A DNA stretch of 63,853 nt, filler included, from Octopus bimaculoides (GCF_001194135.2; 5 parts of 5 records of this genome joined end to end with filler, not necessarily neighbours in it); one strand, 5' to 3'; positions 38,202 to 51,227 are shown, counted from the first letter of the whole stretch. Numbers and translations: made by a program. Notes: generated by a model from the letters alone, not told the origin.

Positions 38202-38909
38202 AATANNNNNNNNNNNNNNNNNNNNNNNNNNNNNNNNNNNNNNNNNNNNNNNNNNNNNNNNNNNNNNNNNNNNNNNNNNNNNNNNNNNNNNNNNNNNNNN
38301 NNNNNNNNNNNNNNNNNNNNNNNNNNNNNNNNNNNNNNNNNNNNNNNNNNNNNNNNNNNNNNNNNNNNNNNNNNNNNNNNNNNNNNNNNNNNNNNNNNNN
38401 NNNNNNNNNNNNNNNNNNNNNNNNNNNNNNNNNNNNNNNNNNNNNNNNNNNNNNNNNNNNNNNNNNNNNNNNNNNNNNNNNNNNNNNNNNNNNNNNNNNN
38501 NNNNNNNNNNNNNNNNNNNNNNNNNNNNNNNNNNNNNNNNNNNNNNNNNNNNNNNNNNNNNNNNNNNNNNNNNNNNNNNNNNNNNNNNNNNNNNNNNNNN
38601 NNNNNNNNNNNNNNNNNNNNNNNNNNNNNNNNNNNNNNNNNNNNNNNNNNNNNNNNNNNNNNNNNNNNNNNNNNNNNNNNNNNNNNNNNNNNNNNNNNNN
38701 NNNNNNNNNNNNNNNNNNNNNNNNNNNNNNNNNNNNNNNNNNNNNNNNNNNNNNNNNNNNNNNNNNNNNNNNNNNNNNNNNNNNNNNNNNNNNNNNNNNN
38801 NNNNNNNNNNNNNNNNNNNNNNNNNNNNNNNNNNNNNNNNNNNNNNNNNNNNNNNNNNNNNNNNNNNNNNNNNNNNNNNNNNNNNNNNNNNNNNNNNNNN
38901 NNNNNNNNN

Positions 38910-38947
<38 letters not shown>

Positions 38948-39779
38948 TCATAGTATATTTATATATGTATATGCATGTATATTTGTGTGTGTGTGTATGC
39001 ATATGCATAGTACATATATGTATGTTTATGCATATACATAGTATATTTATATATGCATATGCAAGCATTTTGCCTGCAATTTTGATGAGTTCTTTAATAT
39101 ATTTTAATCATATTTAGTTACATATCCTATCTGTTTGAAAAGAAATCTTGTTTTTCTTTAATGCCTATATTAATGAAGTAGTGTGTGCGTGCGCGCGTGT
39201 GTGTATCTGTATGTGTGTGTGTATGATTAAATGAATACATATTAAACTAATCATGTTCACAAGAAAACAAACTGTTAGATTTCTCAATTTGAAGAATTAA
39301 TTTATGGAGATGATTTTTACAATGTTTATTTTTAATACCTAACTCAAGGCAACAATCTGTTTTCTTTCATTAAATAATGTGTAATTTATATATGGTAACA
39401 TAATTTAGTTGGTTTGAATTTTAGAGAAATATTATGTATATTTATTTATATATATGTATATGTGTGTGTTTGTGTGTGTATATATACATATATATATATT
39501 TGTTTTCTTTTCGTTTTGGAAATTGAATTTTGATTGTTGTTTACAGTATAATTAGGCCATTAATTTAGTTGATTGAAAATTCCTGTGTAATGAAATTATG
39601 CTTATTCAACGTTTTTGTTTCTTCGCCCTCCACCTACGCCCACCTCTCTCCAATAACTTGTCCTGCAATTCTTATACCTTAAATCAGTTAAACTTTCTCA
39701 AGATAGACAAAATGAATTGCACTATTTGTGCATGCATGCATTATTTTCATGTGTGAATACATGAAGGTTTTTATTTGTG

Positions 39780-40000
39780 TATGAGTGTGGTGCTGAAAAG
39801 TCCCTGGCTTCGGGTGAAAGAAAATAGACAAGGATCAGTTAATTATGATTTTATTCAACACATTCCCTTCTCAGATTCATACACCTATTGCAGTGATCCT
39901 TCACTTTTTCTAAACCCTATAAAAGAACTAGGAACATTGGGTCTCCAATCAGGCATTTTGTGATGCCCTTAAGTTAGGAACTTTTCAGTACCCTCTCATA
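39780..40000. mobile_element. Mariner-type MITE with TA TSD
   Basis: TA-tgagtgtggtgctgaaaagtccctggctt ... aagttaggaacttttcagtaccctctca-TA; TIRs of about 28 bp. Confidence 0.85.
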
Positions 40001-40037
40001 TGTGTTTGTGTGTGTTTTGCCTATAATATAGGAGGTA

Positions 40038-40460
40038 ATGTCATCATCATCATCATCATCATCGTTTAACGTCCGCTTTCCATGCTAGCATGGGCTGGAC
40101 GATTTAACTGAGGACTGGTGGACCAGGAGGTGACACCAGGCCCCAATCTGATTTGGTAGAATTTCTACAGCTGGATGTCCTTCCTAACGCCAACCACTCC
40201 GAGAGTATAGTGGGTGCTTTTACGTGCCACCGGCACAAAGGCCAGTCAGGCGGTACTGGCAACGGCCACGCTCAAAATGGTGTATTTTACGTGCCACCTG
40301 CACAGGAGCCAGTCCAGCGGCACTGGCAACGATCTCGTTCGAATGTCTTACACGTGCCAGGAAGGCGACGCTAGGCACAGGTGCCATCACGGTTTCGCTT
40401 TCGCTTGCCCCAACAGGTCTTCGCAAGCCGAGTTTCATCTCCAATGAAGGAGATGACGAA
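40038..40460 (-). mobile_element. Family D retroposon with (ATG)n tail and internal ~62-bp tandem modules
   Basis: catcatcgtttaacgtccgctttccatgctagcatggg...ggatgtccttcctaacgccaacc; module ttttacgtgccacc.gcaca..ccagtc..gcgg.actggcaacg is repeated. Close copy at 45500-45785. Confidence 0.85.
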
Positions 40461-41599
40461 ATGTGCAAATATTAATTGAATATGTTAGTATTTATTCTAG
40501 ATGCTCTCAGCTATAAACTATTAATGCTTCATGACATAGATATGTTACCTCGTACTCATAGAAGATAGGACACAATGAAATAGGGTGGTTTCAGTTGATA
40601 TTCTTTCATCATAAGCATTATTGATGATTTAAATAAAAAGGTTGCCTGTGGGATGGGGATAGAAACCTGGTTTCTCTTCCCAACCCAAAATCACAAACCA
40701 TGTTTCTTAGTGCTAGATAGATAGATAAATAGGTCTATAATTTAACGAAGCTCTTCAAACCATGTATGTCACACCATCCAAACCTATGCCACCCTCATTT
40801 CCATGGTTGCATGTTGAGGTGGAATTTCTACAGTTGGGTGCCCTACCTGTTGCCAACCTTCTCCCATTTCCAAATAAGCTAATATTTTTTCATGATCAGA
40901 CATGTTTCGGATGATTGAAGATGCAGGGAGGGCATCGTGTGCATGATGGTGACAACCACTTACAACTGTCACATGATGTCAAAGCAAAGAGACAGTAACG
41001 CATGCGCACACATGCACAAAACAGGCTTCACCAAATCTAACTCAAGGCTCCGATCAACCCTAGGCTTTAGTAGATGACACTTGCCTAAGGTGGGAGTGAA
41101 CCTGAAGCCATGTGGTTGGGTAGCAAACTTCTTGCCTACCACACTCAATCGTGCCTGCACTTGTGTGTGTGTGTGTGTGTATGCACAAATATTGATTTGT
41201 ATTTTTTCTTTTCAATAAAACACTTCATGAGTAATTGGTCTATTAATTAGATAATAAGTTCAGAATTATTTTTTTTCATTATTGTATAATAGTGACCAAA
41301 TTAATTGGGGCACCGTTATTGTTATTTTCTGCTTGGTTACTGCTATTTTCAATAATGCTCATCCTGCCATTACAAAGACAATAACAATTAGTCTTTACTT
41401 TCAAGGATATCGAATTGCTTTTCAAGACAACTGACACCATGTTTAACTATCGGTACAGCATCTGTAACTATAGTACTTGAGTAAACCATTGTCAGCTGTT
41501 TGCTAGCACAACAATCAAATACTGCACCTATATACATAGTTGTACACACAATGTATAAACCATTATTATTATTATTATTTGTTGTTATTGTTATTATTA

Positions 41600-41815
41600 A
41601 GATGGTGAGCTGGCAGAGTCATGAGTGCATCACACACTAATGCTTAGTGGCATTTTGTCCGTCTTTTCATCCTGAGGTCAACTTTGCTTTTCATCCCTTT
41701 GAGGACTGTAAATAAGTACCAGTTGAACACTAGGTAGGGTTCATATTATCAACTTGACCCTGCCTCCCCCAATGTCAGACCTCACGCCTATAATTGAAAG
41801 AAGAATTATTATTAT

Positions 41816-41880
<65 letters not shown>

Positions 41881-42084
41881 AGGCAGATTTGTTGACATGC
41901 CAGAAACCTGCATATAGCAGCATCTTGTCCATTTGTACGTCCTGTGTTCAAATTCTGCCAAGGTTAGCTTTGCTTTTCATTTTCTTGGGGGTTGACAAGA
42001 TAAGTACTAGTCAATAGCTGGGATCGATGCAGCCAACTAGTCCCCTCCATCCAAAAATTTCAAACCCTTGTGCCTATAGTAGAG

Positions 42085-42116
<32 letters not shown>

Positions 42117-42840
42117 AATAATAATAATAATAATTTCATCTGTAGCTACATTCTGAGTTCAAATTCTGCTGAGGTTGACTTTGCCTTTCATCCTTTCGGA
42201 GTCAATAAATTAAATACCAGTTGAGTACTGGGTTGATGTTTACCTCTTCCTCCAAAATCGATGGCCTTACTCTTTTACTCTTCGACCCCAGTACTTATTC
42301 TTTGTAAGCTTAGTACTTATTCTATCGGTCTCTTTTGCCGAACTGCTAAGTTACAGGAACGTAAACACACCAGCTTCGATTGTCAAGCGATGTTGAGGAT
42401 ATAAACACAAACATATACACGGACGGGCTGCTTTCAGTTTCTGTCTACCAAATCCACTCACAGGGCTTTGGTTGGCCTGAGGCTATATAGTAGAAGACAC
42501 TTGCCCAAGGTGTCACACAATGGGACTGAACCTGGAACCATGTGGTTGGTAAGCAAGCTACTTACCACACAGCCACTCCTGCGTCTTACACCAAAAATTT
42601 GAAATCATTATGATTATTATTAATTACCAAAGTAGTGAGCTGGCAGAACTATTAGCCCACCAAACAAAATGCTTTGCAGTATCTTGTCTATCTTTATATT
42701 CTTAGCTCAAATTCTGCTGAGGCCAAACTTTACCTTTCATCCTTTTGGGTCAGTCGAATAAGTACCAGTGAGCCCTAGGATCAATGTACTCGACTGACAC
42801 CTTCCCTCAAAATTTCAGGCCTTATGCATATAGTAGAAAG
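41600..42840 (+). mobile_element. Cluster of four SINE family A copies (+) with one family C copy (42272-42585, minus)
   Basis: Repeated gagctggcaga heads following (att/act/aat)n tracts. Confidence 0.8.
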
Positions 42841-43202
42841 GATTGTTATTATTATTATTATTATTTGTAGTAGTAGTACTTTTATTTGTTGGTCACTGAT
42901 TTTGTTAATAAATACTCAAAGCCGCACTTACAGACTATCTACTTTTATCTTGTTTTTTATTGCATCTAATCTATATTCTGTGTTGTAAAATTTACTGTTA
43001 ATTTCAGCAAGATTTATTATATTAAATACAGTACAGATTGCAACAATTATTCATAGTTTTAGTATTGTGTAACCTGACACTTTGCCAAATCTTGTTTGAG
43101 AACAGTTTTTAAAAATCGTGCATCAATCAATGTGCTATTATACAATTTGTTGCAATTAATACAAACTCTGTATGTTTGTATATGTGTGCTCCCTCTCTTT
43201 CT

Positions 43203-43239
<37 letters not shown>

Positions 43240-43724
43240 ATTCTCCTATCTCTCTCTCTCTCTCTCTCGCTCTCGCTTTCATGTATATAATAAAATAAAA
43301 CTCTAATTTCATGGTGACATCACAATGAGAGTCTTGCATTAAAGAATATATATGAAGATTTATTCCACTCATGACAGTGATTGATTTTAATGTATTTCTA
43401 CTACACTCTACTGGCATTACATAGACACACACACACACAACATTAAATACAAAACAAAACAAAAAGAAAAAGAAAAAAAGGAAGAAAAAAAAAAGGTTAA
43501 TTGCTTCCTAGGATTGAATCTGTTCTTTTATGTTATTGTACTTACTCTTTGCTTCTGATAATTTATCTTGAAACTGAAAATAACATAGCTGTTTTAATTG
43601 CCCTTTCAAACAACATCTAATGCCAAAGGTCAAACATATAGTTTTCTTTTATATGTTTGTGGACAAAAGCTGACACACAGTTTGCATGTTTAAAGAACAA
43701 ACCTGCAGGTTTGGAAAAAAAAAA

Positions 43725-43751
43725 TTCTTTTTTTTTTCCTCCCAGGTATGC
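43725..43751 (+). other. Polypyrimidine tract plus CAG|GTATGC: recursive-splice-like site or start of a hydrophobic terminal exon
   Basis: T-rich tract ending tcctcccAG (43744-45), then GTATGC. Phase-1 reading gives GMHMFLLSCCFVTFIVVVVVYSPIAKDERHYC* (stop 43841-43). Confidence 0.3.
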
Positions 43752-45499
43752 ATATGTTTCTTTTGTCCTGCTGTTTTGTAACGTTCATTGTAGTAGTAGT
43801 AGTTTATTCTCCGATAGCAAAGGATGAACGCCACTATTGCTGATCTCAGCTATAGGCATCTCCTTTGTTTTGGAAGCGTTGTATTTTCCAGACTCTTGTC
43901 ATAACATGGAAATCTGTGGCAAAAAATGTATTTCTCATTGAGTTCAATATCACGTGGAAATCAATGGAAAACAGGCTTTGCCTCAGAAAATTTTACATTA
44001 TGGCAAGATTTTCAAATTAGTAACACTTCCATATATCAAAGCAACATGGGAGTCACTGTGCTAGAAATAGCAGCCAAATCCCCTCATCACAACCTGCCAT
44101 CATAGAAAAGGACACATTAATCATCATCATCATCGTTCAACGTCTGCTTTCCATGCTAGCATGGTTGGACGATTTGACTGAAGACTGGCGAACCAGGAGG
44201 CTACACCAGGCTCCAATCTCATCTGGCAGAGTTTCTACAGCTCAGATAGACCCTACTATATTTTTATACTTTATCTTCTTACCTATATGAAGAATTGAAC
44301 TTAATGCTAAGTGAAATCATATATTCAGTATACACTATACTAACTACTTAGAGACAGGCATTCCGTCAGTTACGATTGATGAAGGTTCCAGTTGATCCAA
44401 TCAAGGGAACAGCCTGCTTGTGAAATTAAAGTGCAAGTAGATGAGTACTCCACAGACATGTGTACCCTTAACGTATCTCAGGGAGATTCAGCATGCCACA
44501 GAATGTGACAATGCAAGCCCTTTGAATTACAGGTACAACTCATTTTTGCCAGCTGTGTCGACTGGAGTCAAACTCATGACCTTATGATTGCAAGCCACTT
44601 ACCTTTACCACTAAGCCATGTACCGACTACTTACAGTAGTCAAATATTAGTCATGTGGTACCTAAGTTGATAGGGTAAGTGAACATTGGGTGGTATTGGT
44701 TTGTGAAATGTTGTAGTTGTTGTTATTGAATCTTGGGTTGACCCTAACCCAGCAGATAGAACTCTGGTGATCAATGATATTACCATATCATAGTCTGTGA
44801 TCTGTTCTGTATCTGTCAAAATTTGCATTTATTACTTCAACTAAAGACAGGATCAATTGTTTTAGAATTCAATTTTAGCTCATTCAATTCTTTCCAGTGA
44901 CAAAGATGGACATGGAACCTAAATGTTGTTAGAAGTTGGTGGTGGTGGTGGCCGCTGTCAAATTAACCCTTTAGCATTCACATTATTCTGTCAGAAGTAA
45001 TGCTTATTTATTCTCACTGTTTTATATTTATCATGCATTATTTTGTAGCTTTGAGATTTTGAAGAAAGAGCTGTTATTGATATTGTAGGATTGGTGTGAG
45101 AGGCCAGATCTGGCCAGTTTGGTGAGCTTCTTTCTATTTCTGTCTACCAAGTCCACACACAAGGCTTTTATCAGTTCAAGGCTATGTAGAAGACACTTGC
45201 CCAATGTGCCATGCATCGGGACTGAACCCAGAACTATATGGTTGGGAAGCAAGCTTCTTACCACACAGCCATGCCTGTGCCTGTCCTGGATTAAAGTGAA
45301 ATGGTATAGCCAATATTGAACCAGATTCCACAAGCTGTCTTTCTGTTTGGCGTGGCAAATCTGCTATACCTCATCCATGCACATGTATTTCTGCAGAATT
45401 TCCATTTACCGAATTTCACCCACAAAGCATTGGGTCCTGAGGGCTGTATTGTAACAGAAGACATTTGTCTGAGGTGTCATATAGTGAGATTGAACCCAG

Positions 45500-45785
45500 A
45501 CACATCATCATCATCATCATCGTTTAACATCCGTTTTCCATGCTAGCATGGGTTGGACGATTTGACTGAGGACTGGTGAACCAGATGGCTACACCAGGCT
45601 CCAATCTGATTTGGCAGAGTTTCTACAGCTGGATGCCCTTCCTAACGCCAACCACTCCAAGAGTGTAGTGGGTGCTTTTACGTGCCACCGGCACAAAGGC
45701 CAGTCAGGCGGTACTGGCAACGGCCATGCTCAAAATGGTGTATTTTACGTGCCACCTGCACAGGAACCAGTCCAGCAGCACTTGT
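45500..45785 (-). mobile_element. Family D retroposon, truncated by the spacer
   Basis: Closely matches 40038-40330. Confidence 0.85.
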
Positions 45786-45885
45786 NNNNNNNNNNNNNNN
45801 NNNNNNNNNNNNNNNNNNNNNNNNNNNNNTTAATTAATTAANNNNNNNNNNNNNNNNNNNNNNNNNNNNNNNNNNNNNNNNNNNN

Positions 45886-46230
45886 GAGCGATTACCTCCT
45901 CCTGATTACTGATTGTTCAACTGGTACTCATTTTATCGACAACAAAAGGATGAAAGGCAAAGTCGACCTCGACGGAATTTGAACTCAGAAAGTAGTAATC
46001 TATTCTAATAATGATTTCAAGTTTTGGCACAAAGCTAGCATTTTCGTGGGAGGAGCGATTACCTCCTCCTGATTACTGATTGTTCAACTGGTACTCATTT
46101 TATCGACAACAAAAGGATGAAAGGCAAAGTCGACCTCGACGGAATTTGAACTCAGAACATGAAGACGGATGAAATGCTGCTAAGCATTGTGCCTGGCGCG
46201 TCAGCGATTCTGCCTGGTCAGCGCCTTAAT
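45886..46230 (-). mobile_element. SINE family A with an exact 105-bp duplication
   Basis: 45886-45990 is identical to 46053-46157. Confidence 0.85.
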
Positions 46231-46249
46231 CTGATGACCAATAGCAATA

Positions 46250-46720
46250 GGTGAGACGGACTGCCTACTAATGTCATGCAACTAAGCTGAACCACACTCC
46301 TGCAATCTGCTTCAGAAAGATTCTTAAGAACAATTGACGGGACAGATTTACTAACAAAGAGATAGACTAGCATCCACTCAATCTTGATTCTGTCACATCT
46401 GTGCTAGTTATGTCATGAAGTTCGCATGCCAAGCTACAGACTCTCAAAGAAACTGTTCGACAGTGGACTCTAGGACAGTAGACTCTCCCTAGGAGTCAGA
46501 TAAGTGTCGCAAAGATACACTGAAAGTTTCCCTGCAGGGCTTCAAAGTTAACTGAAGAGTGAGCAGGCAGGAAAAACATCACGATAGAAAATACTGTTGC
46601 GTCAATCCCCTGTTGACACTACCAAAGAAACTACTGTGTGTGAACTAGACTCATCATGCACCTGCACAATTACAAGACCGACCACCTCAGGATGACTATT
46701 CGGTCTTCGTCGGATTGTAA
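46250..46720 (+). mobile_element. RTE-clade LINE 3' end (frameshifted)
   Basis: CFRKILK...SIHSILILSHLC*LCHEVRMPSYRLSKKLFDSG...RKDTLKVSLQGF corresponds to RTE CLRKIL...HVVRMPDxRLPKKLFYGEL...RYKDTLK. Confidence 0.8.
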
Positions 46721-47559
46721 GTAATTTTTCTTTAGATTGATAGAAGTAAAGTCATCCAACGTCTATCAGAAATACCTGTTTGATAACATGATAGACTATC
46801 AATATGATCTTCAATAATACTTCATCGTCTAAAGATTATTATAATCTTGCCTTATTCCTTCCTTTTCCATAAACACAGCGTCCTCGTAATTATACTTCTC
46901 AATATTCATTCTTCTCAATGCATTGTTCGCACGATCGTGAATCTCGTGTCAACTTCTGCATGTTGTGTCCTCTTACTGCACATATTTTTCTTTTCGTTTT
47001 TCGGTTTATTCGCTTTCTGTTTTTTTTTTCTTTTTTATTTTATTGTCTCCAATAGTTGGCACCGTGCATCCATTTTGTTACGTAAATTTGCTTTGTCCCC
47101 TTACTCCTGTAAGATGACTCTTCAGTTTCCAAGTCATCGGTTTCTCGGTCGATTTCATCGTTCTCTGTTTCTGGCGAGGCTTACCTGTCCGCTATTCTCC
47201 AAGGTGTAACAAATGGTATTTGGAAAACAAAAAAGCAGCCTCTGGGTCTTGCTGCTGCTGACATTGGCAGCGCTTTTCTACAATATTTCTTATCCTCAGT
47301 CTTTTGAAATCCTCATGAAATAAGTAGCAGTTGAGCACTAGGGTCAGTTGAGGACTGGGGTCAATGTAATCGATTGACCCATTCCCTCACAATTTCAGAT
47401 CTTGTGTGTTTGGTAGGATGAATTATTATTATTCAAGTAAACGAAATATAAAATAAAATATACAAGAATGACCAAATATGGTGAAAATGAGCTGTCAAAA
47501 CTTCTGAAGAATATTAAGGGTTAAAATGTGGTAATATGCTAATTCCTTCGGAGGGGTTC

Positions 47560-48010
47560 TGTACACTGAGAAGAAAAAGAAAAGGAAGAAGAAAAAAAGG
47601 AGGGGAGGAGCAGGAGGATGAGGGTGAGGAAAAGAAGGAAAAGCAGAAGAATGTTAGTTGGAAGAAGAAGGAAGAGAAGGAGGAGGAGGAGAAGGAGGAA
47701 GAGGGGAAGAGGAGAAAAAAGAAAGGACGAGGGGAGGAAGATGAGGAGAGGAAAAGAAAAATACGTGGAAGAAGAATCGAAAGAACAAGAAAAGGAAGGG
47801 AAGACGGAAAAGATGAAAAAGAAGTAACAGAAGAAAGACACAAGTGGAAGAAGAAAAGGAAGAGGGAGAAGGAAGAGGAGAAGAAGTAAGAGAACAGGAT
47901 GGGAAGAACGAAATGGAGAAGAAAAAGAAGGGAAAGGCAGAGGAGGTAACGAACAAAGCACGTGAAAGAGAAGAAGGTGAAGAATAAGAAGAAAAAAAGA
48001 AGAAAGGGAG
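47560..48010 (+). repeat. GA-rich low-complexity tract
   Basis: (GAA/GAG)n cryptic repeat; the K/E/R-rich ORFs here are artefacts. Confidence 0.85.
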
Positions 48011-48470
48011 AAGAAGAAAGGCATTTCATTGAATGATAGTCAAGGAAATAAAATTTTTCCCACACATGTAGGAAAACTGCAACAATAACGTGAAGAACAA
48101 AGGAAGTAGAAATTGTTATAAACGGATATGATATTAACAAGATAATCCCAAATTTGTCATGCATGATACACAAACAATAGAAATTAAAGACCTGTTTACT
48201 AAAGGAATAACTTGGGGTTTTGGGGATGATATGTAACTATTCGTTATATATACATACATACATATANNNNNNNNNNNNNNNNNNNNNNNNNNNNNNNNNN
48301 NNNNNNNNNNNNNNNNNNNNNNNNNNNNNNNNNNNNNNNNNNNNNNNNNNNNNNNNNNNNNNNNNNNNNNNNNNNNNNNNNNNNNNNNNNNNNNNNNNNN
48401 NNNNNNNNNNNNNNNNNNNNTATATATATATATACATATGTGTGTGTGTGTGTGTGCGAGAATGCGTGTT

Positions 48471-48866
48471 GCGCAGGAGAGGCTGTGTGGTAAGTAACTT
48501 GCTTACCAACCACATGGTTCCGGGTTCAGTCCCACTGCGTGGCACCTTGGGCAAGTGTCTTCTACTATAGCTTCGGGTCGACCAAAGCCATGTGAGTGAA
48601 TTTGGTAGACGGAAACTGAAAGAAGCCTGTCGTATATATGTATATGTAGATATATATGTGTGTGCATGTGTGTGTTCGTGTGTCGGTGTTTCTCCCCCAA
48701 CATTGCTTGACAACCGATGCTGGTGTGTTTATATTCCCGTAACTTAGCGGTTCGGCAAAAGAGACCGGTTGAGTAAGTACTGGGCTTACAAAGAATAAGT
48801 CCTGGGCTCGATTTGCTCGAGCATGGCCACCGTCAAATGACTGAAACAAGTAAAGGAGTAAAAGAG
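48471..48866 (+). mobile_element. SINE family C, near full length
   Basis: gtgtggtaagtaacttgcttaccaaccacatggttccgggttcagtcccactgcgtggcaccttgggcaagtgtcttctactatagc...gtcaaatgactgaaacaagtaaa. Confidence 0.9.
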
Positions 48867-49054
48867 TATATGTGTGTATATATATATATATAAAGGAGTT
48901 AGTCAGAATTCTGGATGATCCTTTATTATTGCTTTCGTTCGTTTATCGAAATCGTCAAGACAAAATCAAAACCAAAATGGTATAAAACAGAATGCGTCGT
49001 TGTTCATTTATATGAATCGGATGTTTTTTTTTTGTTTTGTTAGAAGAGAAGAAT

Positions 49055-49332
49055 ATTGTTTTTGTTCTTTTGAAAAAAAAAGGGAGACAGAGAGAGAAAG
49101 TAAAGTAAAGTGGTGGTGGTGGTGGTGGTGGTAGGAGGAAATAGATAGAAAGAAAGGTTTCAGGACAATCAAGAAAGAGGAGAAAAAATAACAATAACAA
49201 AGGACGGGGTAGATAACAAAGGATAGGTAGATAGAAAGATAGATAGATAGAGAGAGAGAGAGATAGAGAGATAGACAGATAGAGAGAGAGAGAGATAGAA
49301 AGATAGATAGATAGATAGAAAGATAGAAAGAG

Positions 49333-49399
<67 letters not shown>

Positions 49400-49418
49400 N
49401 NNNNNNNNNGATAGATAG

Positions 49419-49478
<60 letters not shown>

Positions 49479-49788
49479 TTCTTTTCAATTTGGTGTGATC
49501 AATTCATTGAAACTTCATTTCAAAGTATTTTCTTTTTTTCTTTTTTCCTTTTCTCCTTTCTTTCCTTTTTTCGTTCCACTGTATACCTATCAACATATTT
49601 GTAAATAAACGCGTTTTCTCACAAGGACTGGTGACCTTTAACATTGTTCTTACTTTTTTAGAAAAAAAAGAGAGAGAGAAAGAAAGCAAAGTAAAAGGGG
49701 GATAGAGAGAGAGGGAGATTTCAGGACAATCAAGAGAGAGGAGAAAAAATAATAATAAAGGATGGGAAAAGGGTAGATAGATAGACAT

Positions 49789-49850
<62 letters not shown>

Positions 49851-50020
49851 CACAGAGAGAAAGAGAGGGAGGTTTCTTTTCAATTTCGTGTGAAATTTCA
49901 TTCCAAAGTATTTTTTTCCCCCATTTCTTTTTTTTTTTTAAATCTTTTTCCATTGTATACTTATCAACAAATTTGTAAATAAACACATTTTCTCCCAAAT
50001 GCTGGTGACCTTTCAAGATG
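49055..50020 (+). repeat. Diverged tandem duplication with embedded (GATA)n/(GA)n
   Basis: Blocks ttcaggacaatcaag, ggtttcttttcaattt and tgtatac.tatcaaca.atttgtaaataaac..ctggtgaccttt each occur twice. Confidence 0.8.
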
Positions 50021-51126
50021 TCAATTTTAGGAAGTAGGATGGAAGAAANNNNNNNNNNNNNNNNNNNNNNNNNNNNNNNNNNNNNNNNNNNNNNNNNNNN
50101 NNNNNNNNNNNNNNNNNNNNNNNNNNNNNNNNNNNNNNNNNNNNNNNNNNNNNNNNNNNNNNNNNNNNNNNNNNNNNNNNNNNNNNNNNNNNNNNNNNNN
50201 NNNNNNNNNNNNNNNNNNNNNNNNNNNNNNNNNNNNNNNNNNNNNNNNNNNNNNNNNNNNNNNNNNNNNNNNNNNNNNNNNNNNNNNNNNNNNNNNNNNN
50301 NNNNNNNNNNNNNNNNNNNNNNNNNNNNNNNNNNNNNNNNNNNNNNNNNNNNNNNNNNNNNNNNNNNNNNNNNNNNNNNNNNNNNNNNNNNNNNNNNNNN
50401 NNNNNNNNNNNNNNNNNNNNNNNNNNNNNNNNNNNNNNNNNNNNNNNNNNNNNNNNNNNNNNNNNNNNNNNNNNNNNNNNNNNNNNNNNNNNNNNNNNNN
50501 NNNNNNNNNNNNNNNNNNNNNNNNNNNNNNNNNNNNNNNNNNNNNNNNNNNNNNNNNNNNNNNNNNNNNNNNNNNNNNNTATATATATATATATTCAGAA
50601 ACAACAGTAATAGTGTAATATAAATGTTGTCTTTACGTTCTGAGTTCAAATTCCGCTGAGGTCAACTTTGCCTTTCATCCTTTCGGGGTCGATATATTAA
50701 GTACCAGTTGCATACTGGAGTCGATATATTCCCTGCCCCAGAATTTCGGTCAGCCTTGTCACACTGTGTCGCGCTGAATATTCCTGAGAACTACGTTAAG
50801 GGTACATGTATCTGTGGAGTGCTCAGCCACTGGCACATTAACTTCACGAGCAGGCTGTTCCGTTGATTGGATCAACTGGAACCCTCGACGTCGTAAGCGA
50901 CGGAGTGCCAACAACAACATGTATGTATTTATGTATGTATGTATACACCGTCAAGTTAATGCGAAGGCACGTTTGTTGCCGAATATATGCTTAATGATTA
51001 ATTGCAAAGAGATAGCTGTCTCATTAAGGTAATTAAATTCCGTGTTATCAGTAATCAGTTAAATAGGATAGGGAATGTATCCGAATACTATTTGCACTTC
51101 TGTTTATCTCCACGTCTTTATGAAAC

Positions 51127-51227
<101 letters not shown>

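Noticed and set aside
40200-40340. CRISPR-like repeat-spacer pattern in family D
   Set aside because: Internal tandem modules of a eukaryotic retroposon; spacers are homologous to each other, the same layout recurs at 45660-45785, and there are no cas genes.
47514-48173. 219-aa F/L/S-rich ORF and K/E/R-rich antisense ORFs
   Set aside because: GA-rich low-complexity tract.
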